A stretch of DNA of 64,000 bases from the human T2T-CHM13v2.0 reference genome, Homo sapiens. A program made the translations under genes and the position numbers. A model generated the notes under the pieces. It searched no databases. It was not told the origin of the DNA and was given only the letters and a program-made list of their open reading frames with translations. The stretch is from NCBI RefSeq assembly GCF_009914755.1, contig NC_060944.1. One strand, 5' to 3'. Below are positions 14,790 through 35,130 of this stretch, one piece after another. Each line of letters begins with the position of its first letter. Positions within the stretch are counted from its first letter, which is position 1.

Positions 14790-15245
14790 GTGTAGTTTCA
14801 AGTCTCTTTGTCCCATCTAGTAGATTACATTAAATTCTTCATCCCTTTCTGAATCTGTGTCCTTTGCCATGTAGCTTTGCAAAGAAGGGGTGTACTTTTG
14901 CACACCTGACTTGTTTTGGCTAGTGGGATATCAGCAGACAAGAAAGAAAGAGCTGGGACAACACTTGTGAAGTCTTTTTCTTTTGCCTCCATCATGATCA
15001 TGAGAAGAACATGGCCAGGCTAACCAGCCAGTGCCAGGAGGATGAGAGTCATGTGAAGCAGAGCTCAGTCACCTTAGCCAAGCCCAGGCTGGACTGGTTA
15101 ATGCCCAGACACGTGAGTTAGCCCAGTTGAAGTCAGCTAAACTGCTCAGCCTACCCAAAGATCTGCAAGCGGTTGAGGTTCTTATTGTTGTATGCTGCTG
15201 AGATTTCTTTTGAGGCTGTTTATTATGCAGCAATAGTTAACTGAT
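14790..15245. mobile_element. MaLR LTR (MLT1H/I-like)
   Basis: catgagaagaacatggccaggctaacc...tgtttattatgcagcaatagttaactgata. Confidence 0.55.
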
Positions 15246-16191
15246 ATGCCATATTGCTACCATATTTGTAGCCTCCTTTTTAAAAGACACCATATTGGAG
15301 ATCCTGAATTAAGTTCTTTTGTACCCATTTTGGGTCCTGATTCAAAGCTGAATTCCCAGTTTCTAATTGTATAACCATGATAATCAACCCTGGTTGTTTA
15401 TACTTCCTTATTGGTACACACTCCAGCTTTTCCTTCAAAAGCTGCCACAGCTGTTTACAGAAGCCAAGTCCTGGAGGATTCCACTAGTGGCAGAAGGGTG
15501 AAATTTGCAGCCCTAATCTCGTAATGCTGGGACTCAGCCTGACAGTGGTATATGCCACAACATCCTAGCTGAATATAAGAATGCTAATGAAGGATACAAG
15601 TCCTCCTTCAGACCAGGAGTATAAGCTGTCGAACCTTGCTAAATGGCTGTAATGAATGTAAACTACAGCATACCAGCTGAACCTTGGGATACGCTTAATT
15701 GCCCAGGGTGGCTTAATCTTCAGCCCTGCCAGTTGCAGAAGGATTATTTGTCTTTGGTGAACTCAGTGGAGAATTGAAAGTAAATTTGTTTAAACGATAG
15801 TAGAGTTTAGAATAGGCATAACAGAAGAATCATAAATAACCACGACTGAAATGTAAACTACAACCAAATCTAAGCCCACTCTTTGTCTAAGGATTGCATC
15901 CTTGAGGAAGGAGGGAGCACCAGTTTCTTGATTTAGGCTTTTATTAAGCCATATTATGAGTCACTAGGAGAACAAATGGGTTCTATTTAAAATAACAGGC
16001 ATGGCCAAAGCAACATGACCATCATTTCAAAGCTACATTTCCCTGAATGAGCCTTCAAAAGGGGGGGATGTCAGAGTTTTGCTGATTTTGAACCTCACTA
16101 TCCCCAAATTCCACTTCTTCCCCAAATGCATAGAAACAAGATAGCCTTGGATCTTAATCACACTTTTTTCTTAAAAAAAGTTTTTTTTACT

Positions 16192-16342
16192 GGCTGGGCG
16201 CAGTGGCTCACGTCTGTAGTCCTGGCACTTTGGGAGGCCAAGATGTGAGGATCGTTTGAGCCCAAGAGGTCGAGGCTGCAGTGAGCTATGAGCGTGCCAC
16301 TACCCTCCGGCCTAGGTGTCAGAGCAACCCTGCCCACAAAAA
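16192..16342 (+). mobile_element. Alu monomer (FAM/FRAM-like)
   Basis: Single Alu arm flanked by aaaagtttt repeats. Confidence 0.8.
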
Positions 16343-16809
16343 GTTTTGAAAAGGTGATATAAGTAGATGGCAAAGTTTCTTTCAAATGATAGGAAAATAA
16401 TGAAAATTAAGCCTTCCTCATACACTGTTTATCTTTAATCCCTCAATTCATTTGAGGTAAGTGGGTTGTCTTGCTCTTTGTGATACAAATTATCCAAAAA
16501 TGTATTGAAATATTGAATAATTCTTTTCATTGTTTGGTTTTTAAGATTTTGTGAGTACTAACATAAAGACCTAGAGATTATTTTCTCAATACTGTTAACA
16601 AGTTGATTGCCTCAATTATTTGCCTGGCTTCAACTATACAGACTGACTTTAAGTGCAAAACAATAATGAGCATCTTTAATAACAATGACCATCTTTTCTC
16701 AATATGGACAGCCACAAACAGTGTTTAAAAATATATCTAACTCATTATTCATGTACAAAAATGTGTATTGTGGAGGAAATGATTATAAATTCTTCATGTA
16801 TATTGACTT

Positions 16810-18530
<1,721 letters not shown>

Positions 18531-20227
18531 CTATGCTTTCATATTGCTTCTGAGCTTCCGAAGCAACAGCAGCAGCAGCAGCGACAAATCATCTCATGGC
18601 ACCTATTTCAGTCCCTGGCAAATGTGGGCTTGGAGAAGCATAAGAGAGCACTATTAGTACAGAGTCAGTGTTGCTTACATTCAGTGACACTGAGTATGAA
18701 TTTCAAATGGTGGTATAGGAAATGAATGAACCAATTCTGTTTTCTTTCTGACCACTTGATAAATGATGTCCCTGTTTTGGCCCTGCTATTACCTTTGGAG
18801 GTATTTATGAGGCCCAGTGCCTTTATAATAGCCTATCAGTCTCCTGTTTTCAAATTAGTCCATTTTTTGCACCTCAGTGCTTATTTAGGACATGGACTGC
18901 TGGATCTGCCTTTCCTAGGAGCCCCAGGAGCTGAGAGATAACATATTCCTGGGTTTGGTTCTTTCTTTCTCTCTCTCTCATCCTCTCTTTCTCCCTCCAT
19001 TCCTCCCTCCATCCTTCCCTAACTTTTTTCTTTTCTCTTTCTTTCATCTCCCCTCCCTCCCTCCCTTCCTTCCTTCTTCCTTCCTCTGACATACAGTGCA
19101 TAATTTTAAGTGTATAGCTCCACAAACTATATATATCTACAAACATTCACATATGTAAACACCCATGTATAACCACCATTCCATTCCAGACAAGCTACAT
19201 TTCCTGTCTGGCATGGAATGGAACCTTACCCTAGAAGCGTCTCTCAGGTTCCTTCCCAGTTCATAAAGACTTCCACCAGAGTTAATGACTATTCTGACTT
19301 TTATCCTCATAGATTACTCTTTGCCTGTTTCTAAGCTTTATATAAATAGAACCATACAATGTGTGTTCTTTTATGTCTGGCTTTTTTCATTCAACATAAT
19401 GATTTTGAGATTAATCCATGTTGTTCCTTATATCAAAAAATTAAAGAGAAGAAAAATCAGTGAATTGGAAGCTAAAAGGATTTCACTCTGATGTGGAACA
19501 GAGATAGAAAGAGACTTTAAAATCATTTCATATGTGAAACACCTCTGTATGAAAGATTAGTTGAGATATAGATGATAGACTAAATGACTCCAACAGTCAT
19601 CTAACAGGGAATAGAGAAGTGAATGGAGGTCATGGAAGATGAACAACGTTTAGAGGGGTGATAGCTTAAAATTTTCCAGAATTTGAGAGAAGCCACCTGT
19701 CTTGAAGTCAAAAGGGTACTTTCAACTCCAGAAAGGATACATAAAAATAAATCATCTAGACCTATCATAATGAGGTCACGGAAGAGCAAGGATGAAGCAA
19801 CAATCCGAAAGTGCACTGAGGTTCTGACTCCAGAGTGATAGAGACATTTTAGATCTTCATTAGGAGGGGGTTACATAGATGTAGATATTTATCAAAACAT
19901 ATCCAATTATATACTTAAGAGCTATGCATTTCACTGGATACAATTTTATCTTACTTTATAAAGGGTATTGAGGGCAGAGTTGAGGGAATCCCCTGCTTTC
20001 CACTCAGAACTGTGGCTAAACTGAGCAGAGTTCTCATTGCTACAATAAATGTCAAGGACAGTAGAGCAAGATCTTCAAGATGTTGAGGGAAAAATAACTA
20101 TTTACCTATCTTTCAAGAATGAAGGCAAAATAAAAATATTTTTAGTCATACAAATATTATTTTCAGATTCTCTCTAAAATAACATTTTTTTAAGGATACA
20201 CTTGAGTAAATTTTTTAAAAACATACC

Positions 20228-20536
<309 letters not shown>

Positions 20537-20660
20537 TCACAGGAGATTATGGGCTATCAGAAACAAAAGTGACTATGTCAATTGGTAAAATTAATTATTT
20601 ATTGACTGCAAAACTAAAAAAAGAGAAGCCTCTTTTGGGGTGTAAGAAAGGTAAAACTCG

Positions 20661-20986
<326 letters not shown>

Positions 20987-21060
20987 TCAAATTCTAAACA
21001 ATAACAATATGAGGAAGGGAGTGTTGAGTAGTATTCAATGGATAAAGTATGCTAAAGTCA

Positions 21061-21760
<700 letters not shown>

Positions 21761-22459
21761 TGCCATATACTTATTATATCTGTCCTTTCTGTGTGTGAAT
21801 ATTAAACTTTTAAAAAGTTAAGAGAGAAATAAATAAGCACCTCTTTGTTCTCTGTCTTCACCCTTCAAGGACCGTCCTCCCCTTTAATACTGGTAATAAT
21901 GTACGAAATCCCATCTTCAGCAGAAAGTCCTTATCTTTCATCAGTTCCTTTTATATTGTATTCCTAGGAATTCCCAAGAATGCTGTCAAGTTCTACAAAT
22001 GCATCTTGGTGGACTTGATGCTGCTTGCATGGGACTTCAACATCCTTCCCCTCTGACTATCTCATCACTGTTTCGCCATATGCAGCAATTCTGCTAGGGA
22101 TACTTTGTCTCAAAGGATGGACCTAAAGCAATGCATTTCTTTCCCAAAGAAACACAACTAACTCAAAATGCTTGCAAATATTTCCGAAGGAGAGAAAAGG
22201 AAGATTTGAATGGAATATTTGATACTACTATTCCTCTGGTCTATTGGACTATGTTCCTCACACAGGATTTTCTCCTGGGGCTAACGCTGATGACGCACAC
22301 ATTTCATCCTCTGAAATGGGGATCCCTTTCACTTTATCTTTCCTCTTTGTGTCTAGGGTACCAAGTCTCAGGAAACAGAAGACCATATTGATTTGGTCTG
22401 TTAGACTTAGTGCAGGAGTGCAAATCAGTGGCTTCCCACAAATTTTATTTCACAGTATT

Positions 22460-26490
<4,031 letters not shown>

Positions 26491-27250
26491 ACGCCCTATA
26501 TTGTACTCTGCAGTGTTACCTAATGTGGAGCCAAAGATACAGAAACATAAGAATCATTCCACTTTGGGAAGTATAGTAGACTGAGAACTTCCTGAGGGAT
26601 CCTTCTACTGTGGAACAATTAGACCTTTGCTGGACTTAAGTATGTAAGGAAAATCTCCAATGGGGGTGGGGAGGAGTAGCAAAAATATAAGTAAGCCGAA
26701 ACCAGAGTGGAGAACAATAAGCCAGGCATGCAAACACACAAAGGCCATTATCAGCATTTCCAGGGTTAAAGGGTGTGTGTGTGTGTGTGAGTCTGGCAGA
26801 GAAAGTCTGGGAGGAGAGCTGGGGATATAGAAAGCAAATTCAAGGCTCCAGGATTAAGCTGACAACCTTTGAAGGGGATAAAAGTGATCCCAGGTCATTA
26901 GTACCCCTGGATCTTTGTAGAATCACTTACAAATCCACTCTGGAGTAAAGACTGTTCAATTTAGGCTTTCAAGTTTTCTATACACCAAAGGTCCAAATAT
27001 GAGCTCAAAATCAAAGATTACAGAACATACACACACGCAAAGTTCATGAGGAATGACAGCAGAAACCAAAAAAAAAAAAAAACAGATTAAGACCCCAAGG
27101 ACTTCAGACATTGAAATTTCACCTATAGAATATAGAATAACTATGTATGGAAGATGGAATCACAAAAATGAAGAATCAGTAAGAGACTAAAACATAACAA
27201 AGTGGATTTAAAAAGAATCAATTAGAACTTTTAGAAATAAAAATATAATT

Positions 27251-27341
27251 GTCTCCCATCCAAGTACTAACCCACCCTGACCCTGCTTAGCTTCCCAGAT
27301 CAAACGAGTTTGGGTGCATTCAGGGTGATATGGCTGTAGAC
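27251..27341 (-). pseudogene. 5S rRNA pseudogene, 3'-truncated (nt 1-91), tailless
   Basis: Minus strand reads GTCTACAGCCATATCACCCTGAATGCACCC...GCTAAGCAGGGTCAGGG...TTAGTACTTGGATGGGAGAC; flanked by TSD aaaatataattgt (27240-27252, 27342-27354). Confidence 0.95.
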
Positions 27342-27464
27342 AAAATATAATTGTTAAAAAAGTTTTATTGGATGAATTAAACTGAAGACTAGTCATAATT
27401 AAAAACTATGACAGAGCTGAAGAAATTTCCCAAAATGCAGCGCAGAGAAATAAAGTAACAACAC

Positions 27465-28275
27465 AAAGGGACAACACAATTTTAAAATGGGCAAAGGATT
27501 TGAATAGACATTACTCCAAAGAAGACACACAAATGACCAATAAGCACATGAAAAGATACTCAACATCACTGGTCATTAGGGAAGTGCAAATTAAAACCAC
27601 AGCCAGGTGCCATTTTACATCCACTAAGTTGGCCTTTAAGAAATGAAATAAGTGTTAGCAAAGATGTGGAGAAAATGGAACCCTTGTGCATTGCTGGTGG
27701 GAATGTAAAATGGTGCAGCCACTGTGGAAAAAAGCATGGTAGTTCCTCAAAAAATTAAAAGTTAACATATGATCCAGCATCCTACCTCTAGATATAGACC
27801 CAAAAGAATTGCAAAGAAGTACTCAAATACTTGTACATGAATGTTCATAGCAGCACTATCAACAATAGCCAAATGAAACAACCCAAATGTTCAACTGATG
27901 AATAAATCAGCAAAATGTAGTCTATATAGCCAATAGAATATTATTCAACCATAAAAAGAGATGATGAACTGATTCATGCTACACTATGGATCAACCTCAA
28001 AAACATTAAACTAAGTGAAAGAAGTTATACATAAAAGGTCACATATTGTATGATTCCATTTATATGAAATATCTAGAATCCACAGAGATAGAAAGCAGAC
28101 TAGTGGGCCAGGAGGGAGTGAGAAGTAGGGATTGAATGTTTAATGGATATGGGCTTTCCTTTTGGAGTGGTGAAAATATCTTGGAACTAGAAGGAGGTGG
28201 TGGTTGTACAAACATTGCAAATGTGCTAAATACCACTGAATTGTAAAACTTTAAAATGGTTAATTTTGTTATGTG
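27465..28275 (+). mobile_element. L1MB-like ORF2 C-terminus/3' UTR fragment
   Basis: aaatgggcaaaggatttgaatagaca...tggtgggaatgtaaaatggtgcagccactgtgg...ccactgaattgtaaaactttaaaatgg. Confidence 0.8.
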
Positions 28276-28624
28276 AGGCTGGACTGTGGGGGAAATGTTG
28301 ACTTGAAGAGTCAATGGGCCCTTCAGGGACATACATCCTATAGAGTCAGAAATAGGAAATCTGAATTTCTAGAGCAGGATTTTGGCTTGAGAGGTACACG
28401 AGTGAGTTACCCTTGCATAGATGGTCATAAATATATATAAAGAAAATATGAACAAGAGATAAGGAATCATGAAAGATAAAATGAGAAGATGTAACAGATA
28501 TCTAGTCAGAATTCCAGAAGAGATAATACAAAGAATGAGACGTAATATTTGAAGAAATTGTGCCTAAGAACTTTCTGAAACTGATGAAAGATATTAATCT
28601 ACAGGTAAAGAAAATGAAACTCTT

Positions 28625-28976
<352 letters not shown>

Positions 28977-29197
28977 TTATAGTGGAGCCGCAGAATCCTG
29001 AAGACCAAGAGAAGACCAAAAGTTAGATCACCAACAAAGTAATGGCGGAGTTACAGCAGATTTCACATCAGCAATGGAAGCTAGAAGAAAGAAAGTACCA
29101 ACCTAGAATTCTACATCCAGCAAAAATATCCTTTAAGAATGGACATGAAATAAAAACACATTCACACAAAAACAAAACCAGACAGTCATCAATATAT

Positions 29198-29500
29198 TTC
29201 TTTCTTTATTAAATTTTTTGAGACGGAGTCTCACTTTGTCGCCTAGGCTGGAGTGCACTGGCGTGATCTCGGCTCACTCCGAGCTCCACCTCCCGGGTTC
29301 ATGCCATTCTCCTGCCTCAGCCTCCTGAGTAGCTGAGACTACAGGCGCCTGCCACCATGCCCAGCTAATTTTTTGTATTTTTAGTAGAGACAGGGTTTCA
29401 CCATGTTAGCCAGGATGGTCTTGATTTCCTGACCTTATGATCTGCCCGCCTCAGCCTCCCAAAGTGCTGGGATTACAGGTGTGAGCCACCGTGCCCGGCC
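29198..29500 (-). mobile_element. AluY-like
   Basis: Reverse dimer; TSD aata(t/a)atttct at 29191-29201 and 29501-29511. Confidence 0.92.
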
Positions 29501-29525
29501 AATAAATTTCTAAAGCATATTCTTT

Positions 29526-31286
29526 GTTTTTCATAAAGCTATATTTATTCAATTTAAATGATAACCTTTATTCTGAAATTATGTTCTTCCTAATTTTAGG
29601 GGCTAAAATATGTTTTCTTTTACATAATGGTGTTGATAGCAGATGGTTATTTTTTTTTATTATTTGTTTGTTTTTGTTTTATGTCCTTAGCTGGCAAAAT
29701 TAAAGCCAGCAACTAAGGCCCCAATTTTTTTTTAAATACAAATCTACTGGTGCTTAAATCTCAGAGCTTAGGAACCACAGCCTATGTAAAAGCCAATCTT
29801 TTTGTTGCATATTTCACAGTATTGAATTCTTTCTTGGTGAGTTCTCCATACAAGTTATGAAGCAGGATAAAACTCAGTCTTACATCAAGTCAGTGTAAAT
29901 GTGGCCTTAATTTCAATCACCAAAGAAATGTATTTGTGTTGTATACCGTGGTTACAGCATATTTTATTAAAACTAATTATATTAGTACCTACCTATAGAG
30001 TATCAATTTAAAAATTATAATGACATTTCTATGATGTCATTACTTTTATAGGACTAGCCTGTGTCACATGTGTGAGCATTATTGGTGCAATGCAGAAATA
30101 AAGAAGGCTGGGTGTCCAAGCAGGCCACTTTTCTGGGTCAGGGTTTCAGTGGTACCATAGATGGGTGCCAGTTTCAATGTACACTTTGGCCCATTTATCT
30201 TTATAAATCATACCATATAGCTTCGATATTTACATACATTTAAACTGAGAAGAAATATGCATTACAAGAAAGCATAGTTTAGTGGGTTTCGTGTGTCAGA
30301 AACAACTCCATATTTCATAATTATTTTTATGTCATTAGCTACCCTTGATAAAGAACAATTCTATATAAATGTCCAAACTGGAACATAATTTTGTAAGACC
30401 TTAAAGAGATCTTTGTAAACTGCAGTGTGTCCACTTATAAACAAATCAAATCAATTAATCACCATTTCTTCAAAGTGTCAAAAACAAAAGAATAGCTGGA
30501 CATTACCTTTTATAATCAGCTTCAGAGAAAATACAGGAATAATGATCAATGGCATTTTGGAGCAGATAAAACTGCTGAGTTTTATGTTTGAGTCTATCAT
30601 TGTGTGATTTGCTATAATAGTATTCCTTCCTATTAGCTGTTCTCAACAATATTGGTTCTATATTCATTTGATATGAGCATTTATATTAAACTTCAAAATT
30701 ACTTCTGGTAGTATCCAGAATATATGTCAGAGACTCCTAAAATCAACTTCTGTTTTCCTCTTAATTAACATTTGGTCAAACGACAACTTCAGATTTTCAA
30801 GACCAGTAGTGTGCCTTGCAGTGAACATGCATAGGCTGGAGCATCTGGCCAAGTTAAAATGTAGTTATCAATGCTTAGTTATTCTTGGTTTTCTTCAGAT
30901 AGTGAGCCGTGTAGACTTGTTCATATCTGTGGTTATTTTAAAATAAATCCAAGAAGGCAGGATTGAGATTATGGAGCCCAGAAGAGCATGGATCAGGTAT
31001 CCATTGGTTCAGGATTTGCAGGCCTCCTGTTTTGATTGCAGATTTCACAAACGTCTCCGAAGAGGGCTTATCCAAAGTTGGCTTTTGGATTTTAGCCAGT
31101 TTTGTAGCTAAAAAGTATGGCAGGACACTCTGCACAAAGATGCCCTTGCTCCTATACTCCTCATGGAGGCACCGAGAGAAGAAATCTACAAAAGTCTTGG
31201 TTGCAGAATAAATGGTCAACAGTGGGACAGGGAACATGCCACTGCCAGATGAGAGGTTCAGAATTGCCCCTTTAGATCTTTCCACC
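29526..31286 (-). pseudogene. 5'-truncated processed pseudogene of HSD17B12 (3-ketoacyl-CoA reductase): C-terminal CDS 31286-30875 plus 3' UTR
   Basis: VERSKGAILNLSSGSGMFPVPLLTIYSATKTFVDFFSRCLHEEYRSKGIFVQSVLPYF...KPTLDKPS (SDR YxxxK motif) matches HSD17B12; frameshifts, ends ...KKTKNN-TAA; AATAAA at 29549-29544, short A tail; 14-bp TSD aaagcat(a/g)ttcttt at 29512-29525 and 31287-31300. Confidence 0.93.
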
Positions 31287-31417
31287 AAAGCATGTTCTTT
31301 AAGAAGGAAAATGAAACTAGAAGAAATGTCAGAGCTAGAGGAAGGAAAGATGAGCAAAGGATTTAGTAAGCATGGCATATCTAAAGTTTGTTCTACATAA
31401 AATACAAAGTTCTAATC

Positions 31418-32470
31418 TGTGGGGCAGCCTGTCTTAGTTCAGGTTCTTCCCCGAGCAGAGCCTAAGACGAATATTTAGGTACAAATCCTTTATTTGGGAA
31501 ATGATGCCAGGAAGCATCAATAGGGGAGTGAAGTGTCTTAGTCTTGAGACAGGAAGCGAATAGTGTGTGTAAGAACTGTCCACTGAAGCTGCTGGTGACT
31601 TCCAGGCTCAACTGGAGAGATACAGCATGTCACTAATAGCATCTTTGGTAGGACTGGAATTCAAAATGTATAACACTAAAATATTAAACAAAGTAGGGTT
31701 TCAGTTGAGAAGTGGGTGATCAGAGTTAAATGTTCTAAAGTATTATTCAAGAAAAATATTAAGTTTTAGGCTGTTGTAACAAAGTACCATAGACTGAGTA
31801 GTTTATAAACAACAGAAATTTATGTCTCTCTTTTCTAAAGGCTGGAAGTTTAAGATTACAGGGCCAGCATGGCCAGGTTTTGGTGGGGACCCACTTCTGG
31901 ATTGCAGACAGCTGACTTCTGATTGTACCTAATGTGGCAGAGAGCAGAGAGAAGGAGAGAGAGCTTTTTTGTGTCTTTTTATAAGGGGACCAATCCTATT
32001 CACCTAATCGTTCCCAAAGTCCCCACTTCCTAACAGCATCACACTGGGAGTTAGGATCTCAACATATAAATTTCAGAGAGACACACAGACATTTGGTCCA
32101 TAGCAGAAAGGAAGCCAAGAGAAGATGCATCAATGAGCAAGTAACTGCTTGCTGTTGACAACAGGGCTCAACCCCACTGGGAATCCTCTGAAAATCTGTG
32201 TGTGGCACATTTTAGAATTTTCTCACCAAAGAGTGATGAAGTTGGGGCATTTATCTACTAACTGCTGTTTTGTATTGGCTGAGAACTGCCTTTTGGCGTC
32301 AGCTTTTCTGGCCTGCAGAATATGCTCCTGCAATCAATGAAAACCCTCAGAAGAGATATGCAGGTGCTTGAGACAGGCAGCCATCAATGTGTGTAAGAAC
32401 TGTCCACTGAAGCTGCTGGTGACTTCCAGGCTTGACTGGGGAGATATGGCAGGGCACTCAACAGCGTCTG
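31418..32470. mobile_element. LTR16-like ERVL LTR interrupted by a MaLR LTR (MLT1A/MST-like, ~31534-32105)
   Basis: ttccccgagcagagcctaagac...tttatttgggaaatgatgccaggaagca (LTR16-like); ggctgttgtaacaaagtaccatagactg...tccatagca (MaLR). Confidence 0.55.
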
Positions 32471-32587
32471 TGGCAGGATTGGAATCCAAAATGTATAGCA
32501 CTAAAACATTAAACATCAGCAGGCCTTCATTTGAGAAATGGGTGATCAGAGTTAAATGTTCTAAAGTATTAAAGGAGAAATGTTAAG
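31543..32587 (+). repeat. ~220-bp diverged direct duplication (copies ~31543-31763 and ~32367-32587)
   Basis: Both copies share tgtgtgtaagaactgtccactgaagctgctggtgacttccaggct and tgggtgatcagagttaaatgttctaaagtatta. Confidence 0.9.
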
Positions 32588-33026
32588 ATATTAGTATAAG
32601 ACTATTAAAGTAAATGTGCAAGGTAAAATTTCAAAGTTTCCACTAAAAGAATAGAAATGGATTGTATAACTTCTAAATCAGTTAAGAGGGGCAGAGGAAA
32701 AGATACAAAAAGAAAAACAAATAATAAAGAGAAATATCAGATTGACCTGGGTGCAGGTTACAGGTGATAAGTAGAGCAATAAGAGAGAAGCTGTGGGGGT
32801 GGAGCCTAGGCATGTGTACTTTTCACAAGCTCCTCAGCGATTCTTACACATTCTATAGTTTAGGAACCACTTGAATATAGCCAGAGCAACATTCTCAATG
32901 GCTTCCTGGAAAATTTTCATGGGAAATAAACATGCGGCAGAAGCAGTCTTTTGTTTCAAAAAGCACCTCCTTGTGGCAGCTTTAAAATGCAGCTGCAAAT
33001 TCTTTAAACCTCTTTTTATCAAGAGT

Positions 33027-33920
33027 TGTGACTTAGTCTGCTTGTGTTGCTATTTAAAAAAAATCTGAGACTGGGTAATTTATAAAGAACAGAAATTTAT
33101 TTCTCACAGTTTGGGAGGCTGGGAAGCCCAAGACCAAGGCACCAGCAGGTTTGGTGTCTGGTGAGAGCCGTTTCTGCTTCCGAGATGGTTCCGTGTTGCT
33201 GTATCCTCCTGAGGGGATGAATACTGTGTCCTTGTGCAGTGGAAGAGCGGAAGAGTGCATACCCATTCCTGAAGCCCTTTTATAAGGGCCAGAATCTCAT
33301 CCACAAGGGCTCTGCCCACATGACTTAACCTCCTAAAGCCTCCGCTTCTTAATACTATCACTTTGGATTTTAGGCTCCCATGTACAAATTTTGGGGGCCA
33401 TATTAAGACCATAACAAGGTGGGACCTATCTTCTCCCTTTAAATCTGGGTGGACTGCTTTGACCAATACAGTGTGGCAGAAGAATTACATTGTGACCAAG
33501 ACCAAGTCATAAAAAGTCATAAAGCTTCTGTCTTTTCCTTAGGGAATCTTGGCTTTTGGAACTCTAAGATGCCCAGGTAAGATGTTCAATTACTCTAAGA
33601 CCACCATGCTGGCAAGGGCACATGTAGTCATCTGGTTGATAGTCCATGACAGTCTGAGCTGAGCCCACTTTTAGCTTTCCCAGCCCGGGGACCACACATG
33701 GGAATAATGAAGCTTTCCTGGAGGTGATTCCTCCAGCACTCTGGCTCTAGCCTCCAGTTTAGATTATCTGAGGACCCAGACACTGAGAATCAAAGATAAA
33801 CTGTCTCTACTCTGCTCTGCCTGAATTCCTGGCCTGCACAATCTGTGCACAGAATCAAATGGTGTTTTATGCCACGAAATGTTGTGGTGATTTGTTAAGC
33901 ATCAATATATAGCCAGAACA
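33027..33920. mobile_element. Adjacent MaLR LTRs (MLT1A/MSTD-like ~33027-33417; MLT1G/H-like ~33418-33920)
   Basis: gagactgggtaatttataaagaacagaaatttatttctcacag...; cccctttaaatctgggtggactg...aatggtgttttatgccac. Confidence 0.6.
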
Positions 33921-34949
33921 CCTGAATTAAAAATCTGTCAACCGTACAAAGACTGTCACTGTGCTGCTGTATCTCCATGCCTCCAAACCCAAACCCAAAA
34001 GCTACTGGTGCCCCTGTTTGTATGAGAGAAAGTGAAGGGATCTCAGTCAATGCAGTGGAGATGAAAAGAAGCCCAAGAAAAGCAGTAACAACTAGGGGTA
34101 TGAAGCTGGAGCCTGAGGAAAGGTACTTGCACAGAACTGGTGTCTCTCTGTGTTGGCGTATTCTGCCCATAACCACCTATACATCATGTACACGGTCTTC
34201 ACTTATGACCATGCCTGGAATCCAACCAAATAGAGACTCTTTATCCTCCTTCTGAAATGCCAAGATCTGTAGGAGACTGAGTCCTGCAGCTATTTACATT
34301 TTAATGTCAAGTAATTCAATACTGCTTTCTTCCTGACACCTCAGAGAGCTGCTGTTCTGGGAGGAATAAAAAATTTGAAAGAAACAGGAGTGGAAATCTA
34401 GGTGACAGTTCTACGAAACCCTTTGAAGAATAGGGCAGAGTGCCTCTGTCTCCCCATCCCCCCTTTTCTCCTCTGACACTTTTAAGTCTCTCCTTTTCTC
34501 CACCACCTCCCTTAGGACACTTGCCTCCTTCTTAGAAGGAAAGCAGTCCCAGATTTCAATTCCTCTTTCTTTCTTATGAACTCTAGTGGCTTTTTCTTCA
34601 TTTGGGTGTTAGAGGAGCTCTCCCTACCCGGGGTTCTGTTGCTCTGAGAATGATGGCTGCACCAGCTGTAGTTCTATGGGCTGGGATGTGCTGTGGGCAC
34701 TGCCCTTCCCATTTTCACTCCCTGACAGCGCTGTTGCAGCTGCTTGAATGCATTCTCAAAAACACACCAGCCACAGCCAGGGGCTATTCACTTTCTTCCA
34801 AAGACTCCAGTGTGACATAAAGAAAACCTATTTCTTCTAGTAGCATTACTTTGACCAGCTTTTTTTTTTTCTAGAATTACCCAGAGATGATCCTAAAAGA
34901 CCTGTTCTTTGCTTTGAGGCTTACTTTCACCAAAAGAATCCTCAGGAGT

Positions 34950-35130
34950 AGGCACAGTGGGTCACACCTGTAGTCCCAACTATACCAGAGGCTGAGGGGC
35001 AGAAGGATCACTTGAGCCCAGGAGTTCCAGGCTGCAGTGAGCTATGACTGCACCTGTCAATAGCCGCTGAACTCTAGCCTGGGAGACGTAGCAAGACCCC
35101 ATCTTTGAAAAAAAGAAAAAGAAATGAAGA
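34950..35130 (+). mobile_element. Alu monomer (FRAM/FAM-like)
   Basis: Single arm plus A-rich tail. Confidence 0.8.

Noticed and set aside
18563-18583. Short (CAG)n giving QQQQQQ in a 65-aa ORF
   Set aside because: Short intergenic microsatellite with no exon context
18955-19090. CT-rich tract with a few TTCC units as an EWS-FLI1 GGAA microsatellite
   Set aside because: Only 2-3 consecutive GGAA units, far shorter than responsive arrays; looks like decayed low-complexity sequence beside an L1M piece
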